From positions 544,001 through 608,000 of the forward strand of contig CAVRVY010000004.1 in the NCBI GenBank assembly GCA_963724765.1: a stretch of 64,000 nt of DNA. The letters run 5' to 3'. Positions 9,959 through 20,494 of the stretch are shown here, one piece after another. Every line of letters begins with the position of its first letter. The first letter of the stretch is position 1. The position numbers and the translations under genes were made by a program. The stretch is from an uncultured delta proteobacterium. Its GTDB lineage: Bacteria > Desulfobacterota > Binatia > Binatales > Binataceae. Under the pieces are notes generated by a model. It did not search any database. It was not told the origin of the DNA and worked only from the letters and a program-made list of their open reading frames with translations.

Positions 9959-11506
9959 TCAGTTACGCCGCTCCCACCACACCACGATTCCCAGGATGAG
10001 CAGCAACTCGGGCAGCAACAGCACCGAGGCGACGAAAACGTTGTTGAACTGGTTGACGGTCAGGCTGATGCGCGATGCGTGCAGCGTGCGCGGGCGGATC
10101 GCGATGGTGGCGGTCTCGCCGGCCAGCCAATCGACCGTATTGAGGAAGAAGTCCTGGTTGAAAACCTGCGAGAGGCCCTGGTTATCGGCGAAATCGGTGT
10201 CGCCATAGACCACCAGCCGTCCCTCGCCGTTGCCCCACTTGAGCTTCTTGTTGTCGGAGTCGACCGCGTCCGCCACCGTAATCGGCCCCTTGCGATCCTT
10301 GGGTCCGGCCTTGAATTTCTGCTCCTTGAAGATCGCCTCGATTTCGGTCGCGGCGATCGAAGTATCGCTGGTCTGCGCCAGCGGCCAGGCCAGCAAGCCC
10401 GGCTTGGTATCCTTGTCCGGCTCTACCGAACGCACCATCGGCCACAGCGTGCGCTTGGTGAATCCACGGGTGATCGGATGTGGCGGGTAGAGTTCGACAA
10501 TCGGGCTCAGCCCCAGCGTCGGCCCGGCAAACAGATGCAGTTCCTGGTCGAGCACGATATCGTCGCCGACCGTGAGGCCCCACTGCGTGACCATGTTAAT
10601 AAGCGAGGTCTGCGCGTTGGGCTGGTCGGGCCTCTGCGGCCGCAGCATCACCAGCGCTCGCCCGCCATTTTTAAGAAAGCTGTCGATAGCATCGACCTCG
10701 GCCGGGAACAGCGGCTTCACCGGCCCGGCGACGATTACCACCACGCAGTTCGACGGCACCTTGGGCGTGGTCATCAGCGATAGCGGCTTAACGTCGTAGT
10801 TCTCGCCCGCCAGCGCCTGGGCGGCGCGGCCAAAGCCAGCGGTGTTGTCCGTGTCATCGATCGCGGGTTCTCCGTGACCCTGCAGGAAGCAGGCGCCTTT
10901 GGTGCTGCTGCTGGTGACCTTGATGATGCCGCTGGTGATCGCCTGCTCGGTCGCCTCGCTGACGTTGGTGCCCTGGTCGCCGTATTGAATATGCGTCGTG
11001 GGCATTCGCGTGACGTTGTAGCGCGTCGCGATCTCAGGATTCTTCTCGGGATCGATCAACTGAAAAGTGATCCTGGGCGTGGCGTAGGTGTACGACTCGA
11101 AGAGCGCCTCGGCCTGCGGGTCACGGCCGCCCTGGAAGAAGCCGTAAAGCCTGAGCGGACGCTTGAGCGTGCCCACCACCTTGACCGACTGCGGCGAGAG
11201 GCTGAACACGCGCTCGGAGGTGAGGTCGAAGCGGCGATGGTGCAGGGCCAGGATGTAATTGATCGCAATCAGCAGGCCGACGAAGCCGATCGAATAGACT
11301 ACCGCGTTGGCACCGTAGCGCGTGGCGCGATGGCCTATCAGGGTGCCCAGGGTTTCGCGGCTGGAGGTCGCCCATAGCACGATCGCCAGCACGCCCAGCA
11401 CCAGGTTGAACAGGAAGTACATCCGCGCGCCGGTCAGATAGGCCACCACCGCGAAGAACAGAAAGACCAGGCCGATCAGGCCGGCCGATGCCATGCTGCG
11501 TTGCAT
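9959..11506 (-). CDS. GldG-family ABC transporter auxiliary protein
   Basis: RFDLT..FSLSPQS, GHGE, GRLVVYGDTDF and NTVDWL motifs; C-terminal TM. Confidence 0.85.
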   Translation of the reverse strand: MQRSMASAGLIGLVFLFFAVVAYLTGARMYFLFNLVLGVLAIVLWATSSRETLGTLIGHRATRYGANAVVYSIGFVGLLIAINYILALHHRRFDLTSERVFSLSPQSVKVVGTLKRPLRLYGFFQGGRDPQAEALFESYTYATPRITFQLIDPEKNPEIATRYNVTRMPTTHIQYGDQGTNVSEATEQAITSGIIKVTSSSTKGACFLQGHGEPAIDDTDNTAGFGRAAQALAGENYDVKPLSLMTTPKVPSNCVVVIVAGPVKPLFPAEVDAIDSFLKNGGRALVMLRPQRPDQPNAQTSLINMVTQWGLTVGDDIVLDQELHLFAGPTLGLSPIVELYPPHPITRGFTKRTLWPMVRSVEPDKDTKPGLLAWPLAQTSDTSIAATEIEAIFKEQKFKAGPKDRKGPITVADAVDSDNKKLKWGNGEGRLVVYGDTDFADNQGLSQVFNQDFFLNTVDWLAGETATIAIRPRTLHASRISLTVNQFNNVFVASVLLLPELLLILGIVVWWERRN

Positions 11507-11524
11507 GCCGCGCTCCGCCCTACC

Positions 11525-12298
11525 CTACCGCCAACGCGCCGATTCGACCGAGCGCTGGGTCAGAAACAAGGCTACGAAGATCATGGTGCAGAAATAGACG
11601 ATGTCGCTGGTGTCGATCACGCCGCCCACCATCTGGCCGAAATGCTGCGGCAGCGAGAGGTAACGCAGCAGATCGCCGAGGATTCCGCCGCCCGTCTGCA
11701 GCGGCCACGAGATCACGTAGAGCAGCAGCAGGACGCCGAGGCAGCTTATCGCCGCGATGATCTGGTTTTGCGTCAGCGATGACGTGAACAGACCGATCGC
11801 CACGAAGCATACGCCCAGCAGCGCCAGCGCCACGTAGCCCGCGCCCATCACCCCGACCTCCGGATCGCCGAACACCATCAGGATGATCGGGAAGATCCAG
11901 ATGAGCGCGACCATGATCAGGATGAAGACCGCGGCGGCGATGAACTTGCCGGCGACGATTTCGCCGGTGCGGATCGGCGCGGTCAGCAGGAACTCGTAAG
12001 TGCCGGTGCGCTTTTCCTCCGCGAACGCGCGCATCGTGATCGCCGGCACCAGGATCACCATCACCACCGACATGTTGTGCAGCAGCGGCTCGATCACCCG
12101 GGCGTTGAGGTTGAGATGCTCCAACGCCTGCGCGTTCGACATCGCCGAATACACCTGCACCATCTCGCTGAACTGCTTGAGCAGCGCGAAGAAGAACCAT
12201 CCGGCCAACAGCACGAAGACCGTCAGCACCACGTAGGCGACGGGCTGCACGAAGTAACTCGACAGCTCCTTGCCCGCAATCGTCAGTGCGTTTCTCAT
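11525..12298 (-). CDS. ABC-2 permease (GldF-like)
   Basis: KELSSYF..P, TMRAFAEEKRTGTYEFLLTAP. Confidence 0.9.
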   Translation of the reverse strand: MRNALTIAGKELSSYFVQPVAYVVLTVFVLLAGWFFFALLKQFSEMVQVYSAMSNAQALEHLNLNARVIEPLLHNMSVVMVILVPAITMRAFAEEKRTGTYEFLLTAPIRTGEIVAGKFIAAAVFILIMVALIWIFPIILMVFGDPEVGVMGAGYVALALLGVCFVAIGLFTSSLTQNQIIAAISCLGVLLLLYVISWPLQTGGGILGDLLRYLSLPQHFGQMVGGVIDTSDIVYFCTMIFVALFLTQRSVESARWR

Positions 12299-12340
12299 CG
12301 TTACTCAGCCGGGGCTCAATAGCTTGGCCATCAAGATGGC

Positions 12341-13108
12341 CTAGCCACGCCCCGCTCCAACCTCCTCGAGCGTCTCCTCCGCCTCCGCCACTTCGTGCCC
12401 TTCCTCTTTCGAGATGGCCTCCAGGAATACGTCTTCGAGCGATTTGCCGGCCGGCAGGCTGCCCAGGCTCTCCTCCAGCACCACGCGCCCGGCGTTGATG
12501 ATCACGACGCGGTCGCAAATCTGCGAAACCTCGGGCAGGATGTGGGTCGAGAGCACGATGGTGTGCTGGCCCGAAAGGCCGTGGATGAGCCCGCGGATCT
12601 CGTGAATCTGGCGCGGGTCGAGTCCGATGGTCGGTTCGTCGAGCACCAGCACCGGCGGATTGTGAATGATTGCCTGCGCGAGACCCACGCGCTGGCGATA
12701 GCCCTTGGAAAGCTGGCCGCAGATGCGATGGGCCATGTCGGCGAGGCCGCAAATCTTGAGCACGCGCTCGACGGCGTCGTCGACCTCCGAGCGGCGCAAT
12801 CCGCGCAACTTGGCGACGAAGCGCAGGTAGGCCTCCACGCGCATGTCGGAGTAGAGCGGCGGTGTCTCGGGCAGGTAGCCAATCCGCCGGCGCACTTCCA
12901 GCGACTGGGTGAAGATGTCCAGGCCGTCAACCAGTACGGTGCCGGCCGTCGCCGGCATGAAACCGGTGATGACCCGCATCGTAGTGGTTTTGCCGGCGCC
13001 GTTGGGGCCGAGGAAGCCCAGGATGGAGCCCTGTTCGGCCTTGAAGGACACGTCGCGCACGGCAACGAAGTCACCGTAGCGCTTGGTCAGGTTTTTTACC
13101 TCGATCAT
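12341..13108 (-). CDS. ABC transporter ATP-binding protein (GldA-like)
   Basis: GPNGAGKTT, LSKGYRQR, LDEP motifs. Confidence 0.93.
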   Translation of the reverse strand: MIEVKNLTKRYGDFVAVRDVSFKAEQGSILGFLGPNGAGKTTTMRVITGFMPATAGTVLVDGLDIFTQSLEVRRRIGYLPETPPLYSDMRVEAYLRFVAKLRGLRRSEVDDAVERVLKICGLADMAHRICGQLSKGYRQRVGLAQAIIHNPPVLVLDEPTIGLDPRQIHEIRGLIHGLSGQHTIVLSTHILPEVSQICDRVVIINAGRVVLEESLGSLPAGKSLEDVFLEAISKEEGHEVAEAEETLEEVGAGRG

Positions 13109-13325
13109 GCGGATCGCCTCGGCGGCAGCCGTTACACGGCCCCCAATCCTAACGCGTTTTGACGACGGAGAGCTCCCGAAGATTCAATTCTGCCCCGGCA
13201 AACAATCGATTAGTTAATCTGCGCGCATGCAAGCTGTCAATATTAGACATAAGCGAATGCAATTAGACATCGGCGCCGCGCAGCGGTTTTGCTTTGACGG
13301 CGGCTTGGGATAGTTTCACACGCCG

Positions 13326-16058
13326 ATGGCTGAGGAACGGCCGACACTCTATCTGATCGACGGCTCGGGGTATATCTTCCGCGCGTTCTTCGCCCTGCCG
13401 CAGCTCAACAATTCGCGCGGGTTGCCCACCAACGCCGTCTACGGCTTTATCCGGATGCTCCTCAAGCTGCTCAAGGAGGAGCGGCCCAGGCATATCGCCG
13501 TGGTCTTCGATTCGCCGCGCAAGACCTTCCGCGACGACCTCTTCGAGTCCTACAAGGCCAACCGGGTCGAGGCGCCCAACGATCTGACCGTGCAGATCCC
13601 GTATATCCTGCGCGCGGTCGAGGCCTTTCGCATCAAGAGCCTGGTGCTCGAAGGCTTCGAGGCCGACGACGTTATCGGCACCCTGGCCGCGCGCGCCGCG
13701 GCTAAGCGCTTCGAGACCGTGATCGTCACCGAGGATAAGGACTTCATGCAACTGGTCGGGCCGCACGTGACCCTGTGGAACACGATGCGTGACCGGCGCG
13801 TCGACGCGCGCGAAGTGCGTGCGCGGCTTGGCGTCGATCCTTCCGCGGTGGTCGACGTGATGGCGCTGATGGGCGATTCGATCGACAACGTCAAGGGCGT
13901 CCCCGGTATCGGCGAGAAAACCGCGACCGCGCTGATCAAGCACTTCGGTTCGCTCGACAAGCTCTACGCCAACCTCGCCGAGGTCGAAACGATCGCGGGC
14001 CTGCGCGGGGCGAAAAGAATCGCGGCGCTGCTGGCGGAGCATCGCGCCAGCGCCGAACTTGCCCGCAAGCTCGTCAGTATCGATACCGCCGCGCCGGTCG
14101 AGGCCGACGTGAACGCGCTCGACTGGCCGGGCATCGACCAGCGCGCGGTGAGCGAACTGCTGCGCGAGCTCGAGTTCCATTCCCTGCTCAACGAACTGAC
14201 TCCGGCTCAAGCCACGCTGCCGACGGGCGGCGCGCAAAACCGCGAGCACCAGGTCGAAAGCGGCGCGGTGGCCGCGCTGGTCGCGCGTCTGGCGCGCGCG
14301 CCGCGCCTCGCCCTTCATCTGGAGGACGGCGAGGCTCGCTCCGATGCTCCCGCGGATGAATCGGACACTGACGGATCGCGCGAACCCAACGGCTCGTTGG
14401 ACTTCAACGTCGGCGCCAAAGCCGGTGACAACGCGAAAGCGAGCGGGCGGGCAAGCTCCGCCGACAGCGCGCGTCTCAAGCTCGGCGCCGAGGGCGAAAG
14501 TGAAACTTACGTCCTGCCGGGTGCGAGTATCGCGGCGGCGGCGGCGCTACTCGGCGCGGCCACTCCGCCCAAGAGCGTCCACGATCTGAAGGAGCATCTG
14601 CGGCGCTTGAAGAGCGGCTACGGCGTCGAGCTTGCGGGCGTCGACTTCGACACGATGCTGGCCGGGTTCCTGGTCAACCCGGGACGCTCCGAACCGTCGC
14701 TCATCGATCTCTACCACGACTACCTGGCGCCGCTTGGCGGCAGTCGCGAGCCCGGCTCCGAACCGCAACTGATCGCGGCGCTGCGTAAGGCGTTGATGCC
14801 GAAGCTGGCGGAGAACCATCTCGAGTCGCTGTTCGGCGATATCGAACTGCCGGTCGCGCGCATCCTGGCCGAGATGGAAGAGACGGGAATCGCAGTCGAC
14901 GGCGAGGCGCTCAAAGCGATCTCGGCCGAGCTGGGCGCGAAGCTAGGGCGCATGGAACAGAATTGCTATCTGCTGGCCGGCCGCCAGTTCAACCTCAACT
15001 CGCCCATTCAATTGCGCCAAGTGCTCTTCGACGACCTCAAGCTCTCGGCCAAGGGACTCAAGAAAACCAAGGGCGGTTTCTCGACCGACGCCGACACGCT
15101 GGAGAAGCTCGCCGCGGTCCATCCACTGCCGCGCCAACTGCTCGAGTACCGCGCGATCGCGAAGCTCAAATCGACCTATAGCGACGCGCTGCCGCAACTG
15201 ATTGACCCGGCGACCGGGCGGCTCCATACCTCGTTCCATCAGGCGCTGACGGCGACCGGCCGGCTGAGCTCCACCGAGCCGAACCTGCAGAACATCCCCA
15301 CCCGCACCGAGGAGGGCCGCCGCATCCGGCGCGCCTTCGTCGCCGCCCCGGGATGCCTGATGCTCTCGGCCGATTACTCGCAAATCGAGTTGCGCGTGCT
15401 GGCCCATCTGTCCGGTGACCCAACCCTCATCGATGCTTTTCGCCGCGGCGAGGACATCCATGCCCACACCGCCGCCGAGGTGTTGGGCCGCCGGCCCGAC
15501 GAGGTCGACGCCGAGGCGCGGCGATTGGCCAAGGTAATCAACTTCGGAATCATCTATGGAATGGGTCCGCAGCGGCTGGCGGGTGAGCTTGGAATCAGCC
15601 TCAAGGAGGCTTCCGAATACATAAAGCGCTACTTCGAGCGGCTCCCCGGCGTTCATGCTTATCTGGAGGAGTCACTGGCGCAGGCGCGCGAGCGGGGATG
15701 GGTCGCCACGATGTATGGGCGGCGGCGCTACCTGCCCGAGCTGAACTCGCCGCAGGGCGGTGCACGGGCGCAGGCGGAGCGAATAGCCGTCAATACGCCG
15801 CTTCAGGGGACGGCTGCCGACCTCATCAAGTTGGCCATGATCCGCCTGGATGCGACGATTAAAAAGCAAAAATGGACGGCACGGATGCTCCTGCAGGTGC
15901 ATGACGAGCTGCTCCTGGAGCTCCCGCACGCCGAGCGCGAGCCGGTATCGGAGGCGGCCCGGCGCGAGATGGAAGGGGTGGCGGAGCTGCGTGTTCCGCT
16001 CAAGGTTGAGCTCAAATGGGGTCCCAACTGGGCCGAGCTGGAGGGCCGTCGAGGATAA
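13326..16058 (+). CDS. polA: DNA polymerase I
   Basis: 5'-3' exonuclease LIDGS...EADD; polymerase motifs DYSQIELR, AKVINFGIIYG, QVHDEL. Confidence 0.97.
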   Translation: MAEERPTLYLIDGSGYIFRAFFALPQLNNSRGLPTNAVYGFIRMLLKLLKEERPRHIAVVFDSPRKTFRDDLFESYKANRVEAPNDLTVQIPYILRAVEAFRIKSLVLEGFEADDVIGTLAARAAAKRFETVIVTEDKDFMQLVGPHVTLWNTMRDRRVDAREVRARLGVDPSAVVDVMALMGDSIDNVKGVPGIGEKTATALIKHFGSLDKLYANLAEVETIAGLRGAKRIAALLAEHRASAELARKLVSIDTAAPVEADVNALDWPGIDQRAVSELLRELEFHSLLNELTPAQATLPTGGAQNREHQVESGAVAALVARLARAPRLALHLEDGEARSDAPADESDTDGSREPNGSLDFNVGAKAGDNAKASGRASSADSARLKLGAEGESETYVLPGASIAAAAALLGAATPPKSVHDLKEHLRRLKSGYGVELAGVDFDTMLAGFLVNPGRSEPSLIDLYHDYLAPLGGSREPGSEPQLIAALRKALMPKLAENHLESLFGDIELPVARILAEMEETGIAVDGEALKAISAELGAKLGRMEQNCYLLAGRQFNLNSPIQLRQVLFDDLKLSAKGLKKTKGGFSTDADTLEKLAAVHPLPRQLLEYRAIAKLKSTYSDALPQLIDPATGRLHTSFHQALTATGRLSSTEPNLQNIPTRTEEGRRIRRAFVAAPGCLMLSADYSQIELRVLAHLSGDPTLIDAFRRGEDIHAHTAAEVLGRRPDEVDAEARRLAKVINFGIIYGMGPQRLAGELGISLKEASEYIKRYFERLPGVHAYLEESLAQARERGWVATMYGRRRYLPELNSPQGGARAQAERIAVNTPLQGTAADLIKLAMIRLDATIKKQKWTARMLLQVHDELLLELPHAEREPVSEAARREMEGVAELRVPLKVELKWGPNWAELEGRRG

Positions 16059-16070
16059 TCGGCCTGAATT

Positions 16071-16676
16071 TTGCCCGATCCACCCGCGTCTAACCCATTG
16101 AACAAGCCAAACCGCCAGGACGGGGACGAAGCCGAGCTCATCGAGCGGGCGAAAACGGGGGATACGAGGGCGTTTGGCATTTTGGTCGAGCGGTACCAGC
16201 GACGGGTTTTCGGCGTCGCGATGGCGGTGGTCCATAATCAGGAAGATGCGCTCGAACTGGCTCAGGAGAGCTTCGTACGTGCCTTTGAAAACATCGGCAA
16301 ATTCGAGTCGCGCTCGAGCTTCTCGACCTGGCTATACCGGATTGCGGCCAACATCGCGATCGACTTTCGCCGCAGCGAGCGACGCCATCCGACGATCCGC
16401 GGAGAGGAAGCCGAAACCGAGATCGAGCGGCTGCCGAGCAAACTCGGCGACTCGTTCAAGGAAACGCAACGCAGCGAGATGGCTCAGCGCATCAAGGACG
16501 CGCTCGAACAGTTGACGCCGGAACATCGGGCCGCGATACTCCTACGGGAAGTTGAAGGCCTGTCGTACGATGAAATAAGCGAAGTGCTGCAATGCCCGCG
16601 AGGAACCGTGATGAGCCGGTTGCACTATGCCCGCAACCACCTGCGCGAAATTCTCAAGGATTTGGCCGAGGACTAA
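16071..16676 (+). CDS. ECF sigma-70 factor (RpoE-like); start uncertain
   Basis: FSTWLYRIA and GTVMSRLHYAR motifs. Confidence 0.9.
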   Translation: MPDPPASNPLNKPNRQDGDEAELIERAKTGDTRAFGILVERYQRRVFGVAMAVVHNQEDALELAQESFVRAFENIGKFESRSSFSTWLYRIAANIAIDFRRSERRHPTIRGEEAETEIERLPSKLGDSFKETQRSEMAQRIKDALEQLTPEHRAAILLREVEGLSYDEISEVLQCPRGTVMSRLHYARNHLREILKDLAED

Positions 16677-16720
16677 GACAAGGCTAAGGCAGGATAAAGG
16701 CACTAAAGGTTCCCATCACC

Positions 16721-17314
16721 ATGGCTCCAGATTTTACGGCTCAATGCGACGAGATCGCCCCGCTTCTGGGGCCCTTTCAAGATGGCGAACTGCGGCCGCA
16801 CTTGATGAAGGAAGTCGCCCGCCATCTCGCAAGCTGCACGAGTTGTGAAGAAACCCTGGCCGGCTATTCAAGGTTAGGCGCAATCCTGCGCGAGACCGCC
16901 CCGGAGCCGGCGCTTGACGGCTTCGCGATGGCCGTGCAGGCGCGTATCGAGCAACTGCGCCCGCCGCTGCGAGTCCGCCTTGGCCGCTGGTTCGAGACCC
17001 AGCGCGAGCGTTTCGGCAATGGCCTCGCCGTGGCGTCCGCGATGGCGTTCGCGGCGATACTGACGGTCATCATTACCACCCCGTTCGCCCGCAACATGGT
17101 CGGCGCGGGAGACCACGCCGCGCAGGTGGCGGTGCGCGACGCACGCATGCTCGCACGCGATACCGCCAAGTCCTCTGGAGCGCTGGCTTCCGCCGCGAGC
17201 GGCGAGCCAGGCACGATAATCTCGAAGCTTGAGACCTCCAACCCCGACGTCGCCGTATGGAGCGAGCCAAGCCAGGACACCACGGTCATCTGGCTGCCCG
17301 ATCGACAACCCTGA
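16721..17314 (+). CDS. zf-HC2 transmembrane anti-sigma factor
   Basis: HLASCTSC zinc motif, central TM, directly after the ECF sigma gene. Confidence 0.85.
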   Translation: MAPDFTAQCDEIAPLLGPFQDGELRPHLMKEVARHLASCTSCEETLAGYSRLGAILRETAPEPALDGFAMAVQARIEQLRPPLRVRLGRWFETQRERFGNGLAVASAMAFAAILTVIITTPFARNMVGAGDHAAQVAVRDARMLARDTAKSSGALASAASGEPGTIISKLETSNPDVAVWSEPSQDTTVIWLPDRQP

Positions 17315-17316
17315 CT

Positions 17317-18066
17317 ATGCATCGTTTGACGATTTCTTCACTGACCACGCTTCTCGTGGTGCTGGTCGCGATGGGGGCTCAGGCGCAGCCCACCCCGACC
17401 GCCCAGCCGCAAGCGCCCCAGGCGCCGAAGGCATCAAACGACCACGCCGCCGCCGCTGCGGCGCACGCCGAGCAAGCCAAGGCCGCGATGCGTCATCGGG
17501 TGATCCTGGTGCGCGTCGACGAGGTGATCGCGGCGGATACGGGCGAGGGGATCGATCAGCGGCTGCTGCCGATGGGCCTGCGGCTGGAGTCACTGTTCCG
17601 CTACACGACTTACCGCCTCATCAGCCACCAGGTCGACCAAACCGAGTGCGGACGGACGGCCGCGTTTACGCTGCCGGGCGGATGGATCGTACACGTCGAC
17701 CCGAGCGCCGTGCGCAACAACATGATCGCGATGGAGCTGATGCTGTTTCAGGGCGCGCGGCCGATGATGACCACCGATATCCGGATGCGCAATCACGGCA
17801 TGCTGATCATCGGCGGCCCACGCTATCAGCAGGGGATGCTGATAATTCCGATCGGCGCCGATGCGCCCGAATTGGCGATGCCGTCCGCGCCAATACCGAT
17901 TAGTCCTGAAGGAACGATACCCGAGATGACCCCGCTTGGTGCGGGCGCTCCCGACGCTGCCGACGCGGGTTCTCCCGATGGAGACTCTCTCGACGCGGGC
18001 GCTCCCGGCATTCCCGAAGCAAGCGCTCCGGAAGACGCTCCACCGCCCAGCGCCCCCAATCCATAG
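17317..18066 (+). CDS. Secreted hypothetical protein of the ECF sigma operon
   Basis: Signal-peptide-like N-terminus, FRYTTYRL and IIGGP core, Pro/Asp-rich tail; starts 2 nt after the anti-sigma stop. Confidence 0.7.
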   Translation: MHRLTISSLTTLLVVLVAMGAQAQPTPTAQPQAPQAPKASNDHAAAAAAHAEQAKAAMRHRVILVRVDEVIAADTGEGIDQRLLPMGLRLESLFRYTTYRLISHQVDQTECGRTAAFTLPGGWIVHVDPSAVRNNMIAMELMLFQGARPMMTTDIRMRNHGMLIIGGPRYQQGMLIIPIGADAPELAMPSAPIPISPEGTIPEMTPLGAGAPDAADAGSPDGDSLDAGAPGIPEASAPEDAPPPSAPNP

Positions 18067-18125
18067 GAGCTGTTACGCGGCGCGAGGCAACGGCGAGGCA
18101 ATGAATGACGCGCCGCATAATGGGA

Positions 18126-18241
18126 CCCTTACCCTACCCTGTCCTGCGAATAATCGCGGGCGAGGGCATCATAAAGATCGCGGACAAGAACGAAGCGTGA
18201 GCTCTTTTCTGCGCCCTCGCCCGCATCATTGCGGGAGAGGG
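18126..18241. repeat. Pair of REP-like palindromes (CCCTNNCC...GGNNAGGG type) between convergent genes
   Basis: ccctgtcctgcga-ataa-tcgcgggcgaggg and ccctcgcccgca-tcat-tgcgggagaggg. Confidence 0.6.
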
Positions 18242-18257
18242 TGTAACGCGCGCGCGT

Positions 18258-19025
18258 CTAGCGCGGTGCCATCCGCAGCGCGCCGTCGAGCCGGATCGTC
18301 TCGCCATTGAGCATCGTGTTCTCAACGATATGCCGCGCGAGCGCCGCGTATTCGCTCGGCCGTCCCAAGCGCGACGGAAACGGGATCGACGCCTCGAGCG
18401 CCTTACGCGCCGGCTCCGGCAACAGACCGAGCATCGGGGTCTCGAAAATTCCCGGCGCGATGGTGCACACCCGGATGCCGAGCGAGGCCAGGTCGCGCGC
18501 GACCGGCAGCGTCAGGCTGACGACGCCGCCCTTGGAGGCCGCGTAAGCCGCCTGCCCAATCTGGCCGTCGTACGCCGCGACCGAAGCGGTGTTGATGATG
18601 ACGCCGCGCTCGCCTTCGCTGTTGGGCTGATTCTTCGCCATCCGCGCCGCCGCAATCCGGATCGTGTTGAAGGTCCCGACCAGGTTTATCTGGATCACCT
18701 TGTTGAATAACTCAAGCGAGTGCGGGCCGTCCTTCGCGAGCGTGCGCGACGCGCGTCCGATGCCGGCGCAGTTGACCGCGATATGCACGGTGGCGAAATG
18801 CTCCGCCGCTTTCGCGACCGCCGCCTCGACCTCGGGGCCCGAAGTGACGTCGGCAGCGACGAACAGCCCCTTGGCGCCGAAGCCCTCGGCAACCTTCGCG
18901 CCGGGCGACGACGGCAGATCGAGAATCGCGACCTTCGCGCCGCGTTCGGCGAATTCCTGCGCGGTCGCCGCGCCCAGTCCCGAACCGCCGCCGGTAACGA
19001 TTGCCACTGCTTCTTTGAGATTCAT
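18258..19025 (-). CDS. 3-hydroxyacyl-CoA dehydrogenase type 2 (HSD17B10-like SDR)
   Basis: [41 protein letters not shown]. Confidence 0.9.
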   Translation of the reverse strand: MNLKEAVAIVTGGGSGLGAATAQEFAERGAKVAILDLPSSPGAKVAEGFGAKGLFVAADVTSGPEVEAAVAKAAEHFATVHIAVNCAGIGRASRTLAKDGPHSLELFNKVIQINLVGTFNTIRIAAARMAKNQPNSEGERGVIINTASVAAYDGQIGQAAYAASKGGVVSLTLPVARDLASLGIRVCTIAPGIFETPMLGLLPEPARKALEASIPFPSRLGRPSEYAALARHIVENTMLNGETIRLDGALRMAPR

Positions 19026-19100
19026 CCGGACCTCCGAATCGATGCGCCTTCTCGTCCGCGGCGAATCGTAGCTTAGCAGGCCCGCGCCGCGCCACCGGAA

Positions 19101-19137
19101 CAAAACGGGGCGCCGGATCGAACGCTCCGGCGCCCCG
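19101..19137 (-). terminator. Rho-independent terminator
   Basis: 12-bp stem cggggcgccgga/tccggcgccccg followed by TTTT on the minus strand, just after the LLM gene. Confidence 0.65.
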
Positions 19138-19159
19138 CCAACTACATGCCCCGGCCGCT

Positions 19160-20392
19160 CTATCTATAGTGCGGCATGATCTTCTCGCCGAACGTCCGCA
19201 ACTGGTCCTTCATCACGTCCATCGGAATCATCCCCTGATCGAAGTTCCAGCAGAAGTATTCCGGATTGGCCGCCTCCACCAGCGCGTCCATCTTGCGCCG
19301 GACGTCGGACTCCGATCCCATGAACAGGTAGTGCGCTCGATCCATCCGATCGACGGTCCATTCGCTCTGCGGCACCATGGCCTTGCCGCGCGGCCACTTC
19401 TCCTCGTCGCCGGGCAGCCGGAAGGCCTCGAAGAATCCGAAGTGGCCCCAGAATTTGCCGAAGCCGACCCCGGCGGTGCCCATTTCGGCCAGCCGATAGG
19501 TCTCCTCTTTGTTCTGCCCGAAGTAGATCTGGCGGAGCACGCCAATACGCTGGCCTAACTCGAGCTTGCGGCCGGCCTTGGCCGATTCGGTCTGGAAGAG
19601 CTTCGCCACCCGCGCCATCGCGTCGGGATGCGTAATCAGGGTCATCGGGATGATGCCCTGCTTGGCGCACCACACTATCGTTTCATCGCTGACCGAGAAG
19701 GCCTGGAAGAGCGGCGGATGCGGCCGTTGGTAGGGCTTCGGCACGACGAAAATCTTCCTGACCTTGCCGTCCACGATCTCGCCCGGCGCGCCGTATTGTT
19801 CGGTCCACTGATGCGGCGGCCAAGGCGTACCGGTCTCGTACGGATATGGGTATTCGTAATACTCGCCCTTGAAGGAGAACGGCTCGTCGCCCCACGCCAG
19901 CTTGAGGATCTGGAAGACCTCCTCGAACACCTTGCGATTGGTCTTGTCGATCTCGGACTGGTCGGAGGTGGTGGCCGAGACGTGCAGCTTCTGCCCCATC
20001 TGGTTGAGCCATCGATGCTGGTAGCCACGCGCGAAGCCGACGAAGGTGCGTCCCTTGGTGAACTGGTCGAGCCATCCGATTTCGATCGCCAGGCGCAGCG
20101 GGTTCCATCCCGGCAGCACGTAGCCGATAGGGCCGACGCGCAGATGGTTGGTGTTCATCGCGACATACAGATGCAGTTGAGGCACGCTGCCAACCTCGAG
20201 CCCCTCGGTGTGCAGATGGTGTTCGGGAAAGGCGACCATCTCGACGCCAAGGTCCTCGGCCATGCGGGCGAACTCGACGATCTGCTTGAGCATCATCTGC
20301 CAGCGCTCGTTGTGCGCGGCAATTGGACGCAACCGCTCGCGCTCCTCAAGCGTGCCGGGAACCGTGGGCAGCATCAGAAGTCCGAATCTCAT
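19160..20392 (-). CDS. LLM-class (luciferase-like) flavin-dependent oxidoreductase
   Basis: [25 protein letters not shown] motifs. Confidence 0.9.
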   Translation of the reverse strand: MRFGLLMLPTVPGTLEERERLRPIAAHNERWQMMLKQIVEFARMAEDLGVEMVAFPEHHLHTEGLEVGSVPQLHLYVAMNTNHLRVGPIGYVLPGWNPLRLAIEIGWLDQFTKGRTFVGFARGYQHRWLNQMGQKLHVSATTSDQSEIDKTNRKVFEEVFQILKLAWGDEPFSFKGEYYEYPYPYETGTPWPPHQWTEQYGAPGEIVDGKVRKIFVVPKPYQRPHPPLFQAFSVSDETIVWCAKQGIIPMTLITHPDAMARVAKLFQTESAKAGRKLELGQRIGVLRQIYFGQNKEETYRLAEMGTAGVGFGKFWGHFGFFEAFRLPGDEEKWPRGKAMVPQSEWTVDRMDRAHYLFMGSESDVRRKMDALVEAANPEYFCWNFDQGMIPMDVMKDQLRTFGEKIMPHYR

Positions 20393-20494
20393 GCTCGACT
20401 CCCCTTCGCCTGGCGGTCGCCAGGCTATGTTATGGCGCTTACCCGATCCTAGCGCTCCGCCATGCAATCGCAAGCGCCCCGGCGGCGCGCTCCG

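Noticed and set aside
8717-10783. 688-aa plus-strand ORF, and other long antisense ORFs such as 41411-42985
   Set aside because: Shadow frames of well-supported minus-strand genes, typical of high-GC DNA; no recognisable motifs
14320-14480. Intein in polA
   Set aside because: Too short, with no C/S...HN-C/S/T splice junction motifs
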